60,723 nt of DNA. Source: a virus (Duplodnaviria > Caudoviricetes). The notes under the pieces are model-generated. The model had not been told where the DNA came from, did no database searches, and saw only the letters and a program-made list of their open reading frames with translations. The translations under genes and the position numbers were made by a program. This document shows, piece by piece, positions 16,818 to 26,082 of this stretch (position 1 is its first letter; each line of letters starts with the position of its first letter). The DNA lies in IMG/VR virus record IMGVR_UViG_3300027743_000005, positions 1 through 60,723 of that record. One strand, written 5' to 3'.

Positions 16818-18743
16818 ATGCCGTTCGAACTGCCGGAGAACCTTGACCAGCTGTCCGTCGCCGATCTCCAGGCGCTCATCGACGCTGGCCTCGATGCCTT
16901 CCGTACTCTCGACATCAGCGACGCGTCTCCCGACGACGTGCTGGCCGAGGGCGAGCGGATCGCGCCGCTCATCACCCGAGCGCGGGAAGCGCTGCGCGTC
17001 GCCGAGGCTCACGCTGTCGGCCGCCGCGATCGCATCTCCAACCTCGTCAACGTGGTCGAGGCGCAGTCGCCCCAGGAGCCGCCCGATCCACCGCCCGATC
17101 CCAACGCCCCCCCGCCCGAGTCGACCGCCACGGAGACCGTGGCTCCTGCTCCCGCCCCCGCTCCCGCCGCCGAGCCTGCCCCGGCAGCCGTCGAGACGGT
17201 GACGCCCGAGTTGGTTCCCGCCTCGGCTGCGCCCTCCCGTCAGTCGCCTGCCCGGCGCGCCGCGGCCAACGCCACGACCACCGTCGCGGCCCCGCCTCGT
17301 ACTCCCGCCGTGGCCACGCTGACCGCCGCTGCCGACGTTCCCGGCATCCCCACCGGCGCTCCGCTCGACGGCCTCGATGCGGTGTGCGCTGCGGTCATGG
17401 CCCGCATGCGAGCGCTGCCGACCGGCCGCATCGGCAGCACGCCGATCCGCAATCGGTACGGCGCCGCCACGATCCGCCTCGGTGGCTTCGACGACCTGTC
17501 GCAGGACGCCAAGGTCCACGACGACTACGGCCTGGTCTGGGCGGCGGGGAGCGAGGCTCGCCTGCCCGGCGGGTCGCTCACCGCAGCCGGTGGCTGGTGC
17601 GCTCCGTCCGAGACGCTGTACGACCTCTGCCAGTTCGAGACGGTCGACGGCATCCTCGACGCCCCCGAGGTCAACATCACCCGAGGCGGCATCCGCTGGA
17701 CGCCCGGCCCCGACTTCAGCGACATCTACGACGCCTGCGGCTTCTTCCTCACCGAGGCAGAGGCCATCGCGGGGACGGCGCAGAAGGACTGCTGCATGGT
17801 CGAGTGCCCGCCCTTCGATGAGATTCGCCTCGATGCCATCGGCCTGTGCGTCAAGACGCCGCTGCTGACCAACTCGGCCTACCCCGAACTGGTCCGCCGG
17901 TTCATGGAGGGCGCGCTGGTCGCCCAGCAGCACAAGGTCAACAAGTACGTCCTCGACACGATGGCGGCCTCGACCGGCGCCCCGGTCGTGCTCGACGACG
18001 CCGGGGCGCTCACCATCAGCATGGAGATGCTGGAGTTGCTGGCGGTGGGCATGCGCTACCGCTACCGCATGAGCCAGACGCAGACGATCGAGGTCGTCCT
18101 GCCCTTCTGGGTGAAGCCGCTCATCCGCGGCGACCTGGGCCGCCGGGCATTCAACACGAACCGGAACATCAGCGACGCCGAGCTGGATGGCTGGTTCAGC
18201 TCCCGCAACATGCACGTTCAGTGGGTCTACGACTGGCAGGACCTGGCCGTCGACCTGTGCGCCGTGACGGTGCCCGCCACCGTCGACGCGCTCATGTACC
18301 CGGCCGGGACCTGGGTCCGGGGCCGCGCCGATGTCATCAACATCGACGCCGTCTACGACTCCGCCGGTCTGGCCGAGAACGTGTTTACGGCGCTGTTCAT
18401 GGAAGAGGGCATCCTCGCCGTCCAGCGCTGCACCCACACCTGCCTCGTGACCATCCCGATCTGCGTCAGCGGCCGGACCGCGGCTGCGGACATCACCGAG
18501 TGCGCCACATTCCCTAGCGGTGGGGGCGGCGTTGTAGCAGCCACCGGAGCCACGGCCGGAATCCCCGGCACGTTCACTCCGTCTGGTTCGACGCCCCCGG
18601 CCAGCCCCGCGGCCATGACCGGCCTCACCGCTTCGCCCAACACGGCGTGGACGACGGGCCAGTACGTCCAGACGGGCACCGCCGGTGCTGCCGGACGGAG
18701 CTACTGGAACGGCACCGCCTGGACACAGGGCGCCGCGCCGTAA
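16818..18743 (+). CDS. Major capsid (hexamer) protein with N-terminal scaffold-like region and C-terminal decoration domain
   Basis: LTAAGGWCAPSETLYD, RGGI, AYPEL, QWVYDWQ motifs; Pro/Ala linker; SD GGAGG. Confidence 0.9.
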   Translation: MPFELPENLDQLSVADLQALIDAGLDAFRTLDISDASPDDVLAEGERIAPLITRAREALRVAEAHAVGRRDRISNLVNVVEAQSPQEPPDPPPDPNAPPPESTATETVAPAPAPAPAAEPAPAAVETVTPELVPASAAPSRQSPARRAAANATTTVAAPPRTPAVATLTAAADVPGIPTGAPLDGLDAVCAAVMARMRALPTGRIGSTPIRNRYGAATIRLGGFDDLSQDAKVHDDYGLVWAAGSEARLPGGSLTAAGGWCAPSETLYDLCQFETVDGILDAPEVNITRGGIRWTPGPDFSDIYDACGFFLTEAEAIAGTAQKDCCMVECPPFDEIRLDAIGLCVKTPLLTNSAYPELVRRFMEGALVAQQHKVNKYVLDTMAASTGAPVVLDDAGALTISMEMLELLAVGMRYRYRMSQTQTIEVVLPFWVKPLIRGDLGRRAFNTNRNISDAELDGWFSSRNMHVQWVYDWQDLAVDLCAVTVPATVDALMYPAGTWVRGRADVINIDAVYDSAGLAENVFTALFMEEGILAVQRCTHTCLVTIPICVSGRTAAADITECATFPSGGGGVVAATGATAGIPGTFTPSGSTPPASPAAMTGLTASPNTAWTTGQYVQTGTAGAAGRSYWNGTAWTQGAAP

Positions 18744-18759
18744 CTCGGCACCATCAGCG

Positions 18760-18811
18760 TCGTACCGGGGGAACCGGAAGGTGGGACCCCTGCCGGTTCT
18801 CCCGGGGCGAC
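18760..18811 (+). terminator. Long GC-rich hairpin after the capsid gene (attenuator or stabiliser)
   Basis: CCGGGGGAACCGG...CCGGTTCTCCCGG inverted repeat; no U tract. Confidence 0.45.
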
Positions 18812-18839
18812 ATGACCAGCAGAAGGGAGGAGGAAGCCG

Positions 18840-19634
18840 ATGGCCACCACAGGGATCGCTCCACGAGCGCCATACGAACTTCAGCCGCCCGAACTGATCC
18901 GCGGCGGTGTCCTCTCCGTCGCGACCGTCGTCGACGTCACCGGCCACGAACTGCTGGGCGTGGAGGCGGCGACCGACGCCTGCGCCGAGGCCCGCGAGTG
19001 GGACCAGTGGTGCACGGTGACCGGCGAGGAGGAGAAGTGGTTCGATGAGTCGCCCGAGTGGGTGTCCGGCGATCCCTTCGCCGTCTACGCGGGTGTCGAA
19101 TGCGACATGCAGACGATGGAAGAGGGCAAGGCTCGCGCCGCCCGTCGTCTCGCCTACGCCGAGAACCGCGCCGTCGACTTCCACGTCTACACGATGCTCA
19201 CGGCAGGCACCGAGATCGACGTGATCGACCTGGGTGGCTCGGTCCCCATCCCGTCCGGCATCGGCGCGGCTGAGGCATGGGCCGCCACGGTGTACGGCGG
19301 CGTGCCGACGCTGCTCATCCCGCGTCTCGTCGTGGAGTGCGCCTGCTCGTGCGGCGGTCTTCTACCCAAGCTCGACGGCACCTTGACCACCTGCGCCGGT
19401 TCCGACGCCGCCCCGTTCTCGACGCCCGTCACCATCCCGTTCGATCAGACGAGCGAGGCCACCATGTTCGTCACCGGGCACATCACGCTCCTGCGTGGCC
19501 CGGTCATGACGTTCTCCGTCCCCTCGATGGTCGAGACGGACGGGACGACCCATCCGCCCCGCGCTCTCGCTGAGCGCATCTACGTCCCTGTCTTCGACTG
19601 CCTCGTGGGCAAGCTCGAAGTGAACTGCGGCTAA
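18840..19634 (+). CDS. Minor capsid / capsid pentamer protein
   Basis: Follows MCP; PFAVYAGVEC and ALAERIYV motifs. Confidence 0.7.
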   Translation: MATTGIAPRAPYELQPPELIRGGVLSVATVVDVTGHELLGVEAATDACAEAREWDQWCTVTGEEEKWFDESPEWVSGDPFAVYAGVECDMQTMEEGKARAARRLAYAENRAVDFHVYTMLTAGTEIDVIDLGGSVPIPSGIGAAEAWAATVYGGVPTLLIPRLVVECACSCGGLLPKLDGTLTTCAGSDAAPFSTPVTIPFDQTSEATMFVTGHITLLRGPVMTFSVPSMVETDGTTHPPRALAERIYVPVFDCLVGKLEVNCG

Positions 19635-19649
19635 CCCCAGGAGGAACTC

Positions 19650-20573
19650 ATGGCTGCCACGTCCTTCCCCTTGGTCCGAGGCCGCACGATGCGCGTGACG
19701 GGCCTCGACGGGTGCTGCACGCCCGCCTACGGACCGGACAACTCGGTCGTCACCGAGGGCTTCGTCTCGGTCGCCCTCACCGCCACCGTCAACACGCCCG
19801 ATGAGATCGTCGTCACCAACGCCAACGGCAAGACCTGCGTGCGCGACACCGGCTGCCCGGAGTTCCAGGGCTACGGCGTCGAGCTGACCTTCTGCGACGT
19901 GACGCCCTGCCTCTTCTCGCTCATCACCGGCCAGCCCGTCGTGCTCAACGCTGATGGCGACGCCATCGGCTTCCGCATGAACTCCGGCATCAGCGCCTGC
20001 GACCGTGGCTTCGCTCTCGAGGTCTGGATGGGCGTCCCCGGCGTGGCCTGCTCCGGCGCTGCCGGTGCTTTCGGCTACCTCCTGCTCCCCTGCCTCCAGG
20101 GCGGGGTCATCGGCGACTTCACCATCGAGAACGCCGCCGTCACCTTCACCATCACCGGCGCCACCACGAAGGACGGCAATGGCTGGGGAACCGGCCCGTA
20201 CAACGACGTGATGGGCGATGCCACCGGCAACCCCGGTCCGCTGCCCGACCCGCTCGATCCCGACGACCACCTCTACGTCGCCTTCACCACCGTCGCCCCA
20301 CCGGAGCCGACCGAAGGTTGCGTCGAGCTGACCCCGACCACGCCGTTCGCCACCGGAGCCACCGAGGTCGCTGGGGCCGCCGGTAACTGGACGCCGTCCG
20401 GCAACCAGCCCCCGGCCAATGTGCCCAACCTGATCGCGGGCACGCCCAACACCTTCGTCGCCTCCCCGACCACGGCCTGGGGCGCAGGTTCGTACGTGCA
20501 GACCGCCACGTCCGGCGCCGCCGGTCAGGCGTACTGGAACGGCACGGCATGGGTCGCTGGCGTCGCACCGTGA
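19650..20573 (+). CDS. Major tail (tube) protein with C-terminal decoration domain
   Basis: RGRTMRVT.LDGC, NANGKTC, GFALEVW, WGTGPYN motifs. Confidence 0.85.
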   Translation: MAATSFPLVRGRTMRVTGLDGCCTPAYGPDNSVVTEGFVSVALTATVNTPDEIVVTNANGKTCVRDTGCPEFQGYGVELTFCDVTPCLFSLITGQPVVLNADGDAIGFRMNSGISACDRGFALEVWMGVPGVACSGAAGAFGYLLLPCLQGGVIGDFTIENAAVTFTITGATTKDGNGWGTGPYNDVMGDATGNPGPLPDPLDPDDHLYVAFTTVAPPEPTEGCVELTPTTPFATGATEVAGAAGNWTPSGNQPPANVPNLIAGTPNTFVASPTTAWGAGSYVQTATSGAAGQAYWNGTAWVAGVAP

Positions 20574-20587
20574 TCTAGCCTCCGCCC

Positions 20588-21376
20588 ATGGCCGAGACAT
20601 GCGTGCCCTGGGACCTGGACAGCGCGTGTTGCGATAGCTGGGACGCGCTCGACCCCACGCTCCAGGAGCGCGCGACCGATCTGGCGTGGGACACCATGAA
20701 GGTGCTGACCGGGGGCCGCGTCGGCTCCTGTCCGGTCGTCATGCGCCCCTGCCTCACCGGGCCGTGCGACTGCTGCATCGGCTGGTGGGGGCAGGGCTGG
20801 ATGAACCCCGTCCTCATCGCCGGGGAGTGGGTCAACTGTGCCTGCGGGCGCCCCGAGTGCAGCTGCGAGCGCCTGTGCGAGATCGCCTTCCCCGGCCCGG
20901 TCGCCGTCATCAACGAGATCACCGTCTCGGGCGCCGTGCTCGCTCCCCACAGCTACCGAGTCGACAACGGCAGCATCCTCGTCCGCGAGGACGGTGAGTG
21001 CTGGCCGTCGTGTCAGAACATGGGCGCGCCGCCCGGCGACCCCGGCACCGTCGTCATCACCTACACACCCGGCATCGTTCCCAACGGCTCGGGCCTGTGG
21101 GCGGCGGGCGTGCTGGCGTGCGAGTTCGCCAAGGCGTGCTCGGGCGGCAAGTGCCGTCTTCCCGCGGCCGTCACGTCCATCGCTCGTCAAGGCGTGAACT
21201 TCCAGATGCAGTCGGCCATGTTCGTGGACGGGATGACCGGCATCCGCGAGGTCGACGCCTACACCATGTCCGTGAACCCATACCACCACCTGACGCCGCC
21301 GATGGTGTGGTCGCCCGACATGCCCTCGCAGAGGCACCGCTACGAGACGTTCCGATCGCAGCCGACGCCGCCGTGA
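20588..21376 (+). CDS. Head-to-tail adaptor
   Basis: Cys-rich; LACEFAKAC...CRLP...RQGV...TGIREVD..VNP. Confidence 0.75.
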   Translation: MAETCVPWDLDSACCDSWDALDPTLQERATDLAWDTMKVLTGGRVGSCPVVMRPCLTGPCDCCIGWWGQGWMNPVLIAGEWVNCACGRPECSCERLCEIAFPGPVAVINEITVSGAVLAPHSYRVDNGSILVREDGECWPSCQNMGAPPGDPGTVVITYTPGIVPNGSGLWAAGVLACEFAKACSGGKCRLPAAVTSIARQGVNFQMQSAMFVDGMTGIREVDAYTMSVNPYHHLTPPMVWSPDMPSQRHRYETFRSQPTPP

Positions 21377-21867
21377 CCACCGTCGAGCTTCCGGCGCCGA
21401 CGATCATGCCGTACCTGGCGGCGCTGTCGGACTGCCTGTGCACCGAACTCACCGAGACGGGCGCGGGCGAACCGTGCTGGTGCGGCGTCATCCCTGGCTT
21501 CCTGGTGAGCCTGGAGTACTGCGACAACTGCGCCGAGACGGCGTGCGGGATGGGGTGGGTGCGCGCCGCCGGGGTCTTCCCCTACGACACCTTCCCTATT
21601 GCCACACTCGACGCCAACTGCAACAAGCCGCTGGCGTGGCAGATCGAAGTCGGCGCTGTGCGCTGCATGCCCATCCCCGGCGACGGCGAGATTCTGACGC
21701 CCGCGCAGATGCTGGAGGTCACGCTGAACCAAGCCGCTGACACCGAGGCGATGTACCGGGCGTTGGTGTGCTGCGATGCGCCCCAGATGACGGTCGAGCG
21801 CTTCCAGCCAATCGGCCCCGAGGGCGGCTGCGTCGGCGGATTCTGGATCGCCTACCTTGGCCTCTAG
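21373..21867 (+). CDS. Tail terminator-like protein
   Basis: GTGA overlap; GPEGGCVGG motif; position in the neck module. Confidence 0.65.
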   Translation: MTTVELPAPTIMPYLAALSDCLCTELTETGAGEPCWCGVIPGFLVSLEYCDNCAETACGMGWVRAAGVFPYDTFPIATLDANCNKPLAWQIEVGAVRCMPIPGDGEILTPAQMLEVTLNQAADTEAMYRALVCCDAPQMTVERFQPIGPEGGCVGGFWIAYLGL

Positions 21868-22306
21868 GGTCGACGTCGACGTCAACGACGCCGCCATCAT
21901 CTCGGCGTTGAACGCTCCCGGCCGCGCCGTGTTCCAGTGGCGCGACGATCTGGGCAACGCCATCGTGAACGCCGCACGCGGGTTGTCGCCCGTCAACGAC
22001 CCGCTCAACGCCATGCACCGTGGCGGCATCGTCGGCACGTACAAGGCGTCCTGGCGGTTCAGCCGCGCCGGGTCGAACCAGCATCGCGTGCGTCTCACCG
22101 TCATCAACGACAGCGACCACGCCGAGTTCGTCGAGTACGGCCGCGCGCCCTCGGAGAGCTGGGAGCGTTTCTCTTGGACGCGCTGGCAAGGTCGGATTCG
22201 AGTGGCCCGGTTCGGCACCCGCGGCTACTCGGGCCGACACGTGCTCCAGCACGCCACCAACTCAGCTGTCGCTGCGGCTACCGGCGGCACCGCCGGACGG
22301 ATCTAG
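21857..22306 (+). CDS. HK97 gp10-like neck/tail completion protein
   Basis: SPV...G.YKASW...HAEFVEYGR. Confidence 0.7.
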   Translation: MASRVDVDVNDAAIISALNAPGRAVFQWRDDLGNAIVNAARGLSPVNDPLNAMHRGGIVGTYKASWRFSRAGSNQHRVRLTVINDSDHAEFVEYGRAPSESWERFSWTRWQGRIRVARFGTRGYSGRHVLQHATNSAVAAATGGTAGRI

Positions 22307-22332
22307 CCTCCGGCGCCACAGGAGGTCCCACC

Positions 22333-22725
22333 TTGAAACAGTTCAAGACCGCGGCCCACCGCGGCAGCCCCGCTGTTCCCAACGCCGTCGACATTCAGTT
22401 CCAGTGGGACGAGGAGACCCTCACCGCCCACGCCCCATCGAGCGGCCAGCTGGCGCTGCTGTTGTCCAACATGGTCGACGGCAACTTCCGCCTGGAGTCG
22501 CTGGGAGCGCTGTTCGACTTCCTCAAAGGCGTGCTCGATGACGAGGACTACGCGGTCATCCATGCCGATCTACAGCAGGGCCTCGACATTCAGTTGATCG
22601 TGGAGCTGATCGAGGCGCTGATCGAGGAGTGGTCGGTGCGCCCTACTACACCTGCCGTCGTCTCGTCGCGATCGCGGCCGACCACTGGCAGGCGATCGAC
22701 GGCGAGGCCAGCTGCAACGGCGTAG
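22333..22725 (+). CDS. Tail assembly chaperone (G)
   Basis: TTG start after AGGAGG; ends EEWS.RPT plus a Ser/Thr tail; upstream of tape measure. Confidence 0.8.
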   Translation: MKQFKTAAHRGSPAVPNAVDIQFQWDEETLTAHAPSSGQLALLLSNMVDGNFRLESLGALFDFLKGVLDDEDYAVIHADLQQGLDIQLIVELIEALIEEWSVRPTTPAVVSSRSRPTTGRRSTARPAATA

Positions 22726-23009
22726 ACCTCTGGGCCCTGCCGCCGCAGTCGTGGTTCAACACGATCTGGTACTGGGCCATCCAGCGCGTGAAGGACCCGG
22801 ACCGCTTCAACTTCGAGTTGGAGCGCCCGCCGCCGGGCCACACGCAGGTCGTCACCGAGGGCGATCTCGAGCAGGACGGCGCGTCCTTCATGGCCTTCGC
22901 CGCAGCGATGGGAGCGGCGCCCGCCATCCGTCAGGGCACCCTCCCGGCGAGTGAGGGCGTACCATCGCCCGACAGCAGCTCAGCCAGGAGCGACACCGGA
23001 GGTAGCTGA
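22641..23009 (+). CDS. Frameshifted extension of the tail assembly chaperone (GT)
   Basis: Overlapping -1 frame opening at CGC-CCT-ACT / CCC-TAC; ends at the TMP start. Confidence 0.7.
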   Translation, partial: PYYTCRRLVAIAADHWQAIDGEASCNGVDLWALPPQSWFNTIWYWAIQRVKDPDRFNFELERPPPGHTQVVTEGDLEQDGASFMAFAAAMGAAPAIRQGTLPASEGVPSPDSSSARSDTGGS

Positions 23010-26000
23010 TGGCCGGGCCGACTGTCGGTCACATCGAGGTAACCGTCGATGCCGACACCGGCAAGCTGAAGGCTCAGGTCACGGCGGCGGGCAAAGAGGC
23101 GGGCAAGGGCGCCGCCGATCAGATCGACTCCGAGCTGGGCAAGGTCGACGGCTCCCAGCTCAAGAAGAAGATCGCCCTCATCAAGAAGCAGGTCGAGGAG
23201 CAGCTCAAGAACATCGACGTCGACCTGGACATCGAGGCGGACACCGCCGACATCAAGGCGGCCAAGGCCCAGATCAACAAGGGTCTGTCCGGCATCGAGG
23301 CCGAGGTCGGCGTCGATGTGGACGAGACGGAACTGGCCTCTGCCCGCTCTGAGATCGAGGGCGGCATGGGCGACAGCGGGAACAAGTCCGGCGACGCCTT
23401 CGGCAAGGGGTTCGGCCGCGGGCTGAGCGGCCGGATGAAGCTGATCCTCGCCGGGATCGTCGAGTTGGGCGAGCCGCTCGTCGCCATCTTCGAAGGGCTC
23501 GCCTCCGTCATCACGCAGGTACTCGGCTCGGCCCTCCAGGCCCTCGGTGGGTCCATCGGCGCGCTCACGCCCCTGCTGTTCGGCCTCGGCGCCGGGGTCG
23601 CTGCCGTGCTGGTCGGGTCGAAGGGGATGGTCACCGCCTTCAAGGCCATCAACACCGAGTTCGCCACCGCTCTGGAAGAGGGCCGGGCCTTCAACCTCCA
23701 GGCCGAGGACATTCAGAAGGCGCTGAAGGACCTGACCCCGGCCGCCCGCGACACCGCCGTGGCCTTCTCGGAAATCCTGCCCCAGCTGCACGGCATCCAG
23801 GAGGCCGTACAGGAGGCCCTGTTCGCCGGGATGGGTGACGTCCTGCGTGACCTCGCCACCAACGTGATCCCCGACGTCGGCGAGGCCCTGGTGATCGCCG
23901 CCGGACAGGCGAACACATTCGGCAAGGACCTGGTCGCCGCGCTGAAGACCATCGACTTCTCGCAGCTTGTCGGCGGACTGACTCCCGCTATGGCGAGCCT
24001 GAGCGACGCCATCTCGACGGTGGTCCAGTCCATCGGGCCGTTCCTCACGGCCGCCACCCCGGCCGCCACCCGCCTGGCCGAGATGCTGAAGCTGTCGGCC
24101 GAGAGCCTTCTGGCGATGGTCACGGCGGGCCAGCAGAGCGGCGCCATCAACGACTTCCTCCAGGACGGCCTCTCCGCGCTCTCGACGTGGTGGGACCTGC
24201 TGAAGAACATCGGCGCGACGCTCTTCACGATCTTCCAGGCGGGGGCCGAAGGCGGCACCGGCCTGGTGCAGAAGCTCTCCGACATCGTGGGCAAGTTCAA
24301 CGAGTGGCTGAACACCGGCCCCGGCCAGGACGCCCTGCTCCAGTTCTTCGCCACCGGGCGCCAACTGCTGTCGGACCTGACCCCGCTCCTCGAAGGGGCG
24401 GTCGGCTTCTTCAAGAACCTCGTTCAGCCCAACACCCTGACGGCCATCGCTGACATCGCCACGAACCTCGGGGCGATGCTGCCCGTGCTGGGGGAGCTGT
24501 TCAACATCTCCGGCCGCATCAGCGTCTTCCAGCTGCTGGCGCAGGCGCTGGCGCAGATCGCCGAGGCCATACAGCCGCTGCTTGTCCCGCTGAAGCAGAT
24601 CGCCACCGTCATCGGTGAGACCTTGGCCGAAGCCCTGACCGCACTTCAGCCCCTGCTGAACGCCGTCGGTCGGCTGCTCGGGCAGCTTCTGCGGGCCGTC
24701 GCCCCGCTCGTGCCGATCATCGCGGACCTGTTCGTCCGGGCCGTCGAGTTCCTGGTCGATGCCTTCACGCAGCTGGAGCCTGTTCTCTCGCCCGTCATCG
24801 ACCTACTGACCAAGGAGCTCGCCGAGCAGCTGCCCCTCGTGGTCGACGTCTTCGACGAACTGTTCAAGGCCCTCACGCCCCTGATCCCGGTATTCATGCA
24901 GCTCGTCAGTCAGGTCCTGCTCGTCATGGCCCCGCTGCTGCCGGTCCTGGTGACCTCGGGCCTCCAGCTCGTCACCGTGGGGGCGCAGCTGCTGACCGCC
25001 TTCGCGCCCCTGCTGACGGTCTTGCTGCAACTGACCAACGAGGTCCTCGTCGCCCTCACTCCGCTGCTGCTGACCATCAACGGCGCCCTTGCCGGGTTCT
25101 CCAGCGCCATCGGCACTGTGGTCGAGGCGCTGACCGATCTTGTGGGCGTCGTAGCGGACGCCTTGGCCTCGATCCTGGCCGAGTTCGGCGGCGTACTGGC
25201 CAAGGTCATCGGGATCGTCGCGGGTTGGGTCCAGGGCGTCATCGACTGGTTCGTGAACCTGTTCAACCGCCTCATCGGCAACAGCATCATCCCGGACCTC
25301 ATCAACGGGATCGTGAACTGGTTCCTACGCCTACCGGGGATGCTCGCCGGGCTGGGCGGCCAGCTGATCGCGATGGTGGTCGGGTGGTTCGTGGAGATGG
25401 CCGCGTCCGTCATGTCCACGCTGGCGGGCTGGGCTCTCGAGGTGGTCGCCTTCTTCACCGCCATACCGGGGCAGATCGTCGCCGCCATCTCCACCGGCAT
25501 CGGCGTCATCACCGCCGTCGGCAAGTCGCTCGTGGGTTGGATCATGAGCGGCATCACCAGTGCCGTCGAATCGCTCCTGGCGTGGGGCCGCGGGCTACCC
25601 GGTCAGGTCGCCAGCGCCATCAGCGGCGCCGCCAGCTCGCTTGTCGGCGTGGGTCGCTCCATCGTCGACTTCATCCTCCAGGGCATCGGCTCGATGGGCA
25701 GCGCGATCACGTCGAAGATCAAGAGCTTCATCCCCAGCCCCGGCGACATACTCAGCGGCATCGGCGGCGCCGTCAGCGGTCTCAACCCCTTCGACGCCGA
25801 GGGCGGCGTCTACGCCTCGCCCACGGCCAAGATCATCGGTGAGGCGGGCCGGGAGGCGGTCATCCCGCTCGACCGCCCGCTCAACCTCGTGGACCCGAGC
25901 GTGCGGGCAATGGCCGCGCTGCTGCGGGGCCAGACACTGCCGACGCAGAGCGGCCAGCCTGGCGCCGCCATCAACAAGCAGGTGAACGTGTACCAGACCA

Positions 26001-26074
26001 TCACGCCGGTGTCGGCTGATCCGGTGGCCGTAGCCGCTCAGGTGATCAACCGCGCCGCGGCGATGGCGAGCTAG
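23009..26074 (+). CDS. Tape measure protein
   Basis: 1021 aa, Ala/Leu/Gly-rich helical repeats; C-terminal GEAGREAVIPL. Confidence 0.93.
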   Translation: MAGPTVGHIEVTVDADTGKLKAQVTAAGKEAGKGAADQIDSELGKVDGSQLKKKIALIKKQVEEQLKNIDVDLDIEADTADIKAAKAQINKGLSGIEAEVGVDVDETELASARSEIEGGMGDSGNKSGDAFGKGFGRGLSGRMKLILAGIVELGEPLVAIFEGLASVITQVLGSALQALGGSIGALTPLLFGLGAGVAAVLVGSKGMVTAFKAINTEFATALEEGRAFNLQAEDIQKALKDLTPAARDTAVAFSEILPQLHGIQEAVQEALFAGMGDVLRDLATNVIPDVGEALVIAAGQANTFGKDLVAALKTIDFSQLVGGLTPAMASLSDAISTVVQSIGPFLTAATPAATRLAEMLKLSAESLLAMVTAGQQSGAINDFLQDGLSALSTWWDLLKNIGATLFTIFQAGAEGGTGLVQKLSDIVGKFNEWLNTGPGQDALLQFFATGRQLLSDLTPLLEGAVGFFKNLVQPNTLTAIADIATNLGAMLPVLGELFNISGRISVFQLLAQALAQIAEAIQPLLVPLKQIATVIGETLAEALTALQPLLNAVGRLLGQLLRAVAPLVPIIADLFVRAVEFLVDAFTQLEPVLSPVIDLLTKELAEQLPLVVDVFDELFKALTPLIPVFMQLVSQVLLVMAPLLPVLVTSGLQLVTVGAQLLTAFAPLLTVLLQLTNEVLVALTPLLLTINGALAGFSSAIGTVVEALTDLVGVVADALASILAEFGGVLAKVIGIVAGWVQGVIDWFVNLFNRLIGNSIIPDLINGIVNWFLRLPGMLAGLGGQLIAMVVGWFVEMAASVMSTLAGWALEVVAFFTAIPGQIVAAISTGIGVITAVGKSLVGWIMSGITSAVESLLAWGRGLPGQVASAISGAASSLVGVGRSIVDFILQGIGSMGSAITSKIKSFIPSPGDILSGIGGAVSGLNPFDAEGGVYASPTAKIIGEAGREAVIPLDRPLNLVDPSVRAMAALLRGQTLPTQSGQPGAAINKQVNVYQTITPVSADPVAVAAQVINRAAAMAS

Positions 26075-26082
26075 GAGGCGCC

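Noticed and set aside
16428-19184. Long antisense ORFs (e.g. 918 aa here, 11944-13860, 29104-31185, 362-1486, 55241-56605)
   Set aside because: Shadow frames of real genes caused by high GC3; they are Arg/Gly/Val-rich with no motifs.
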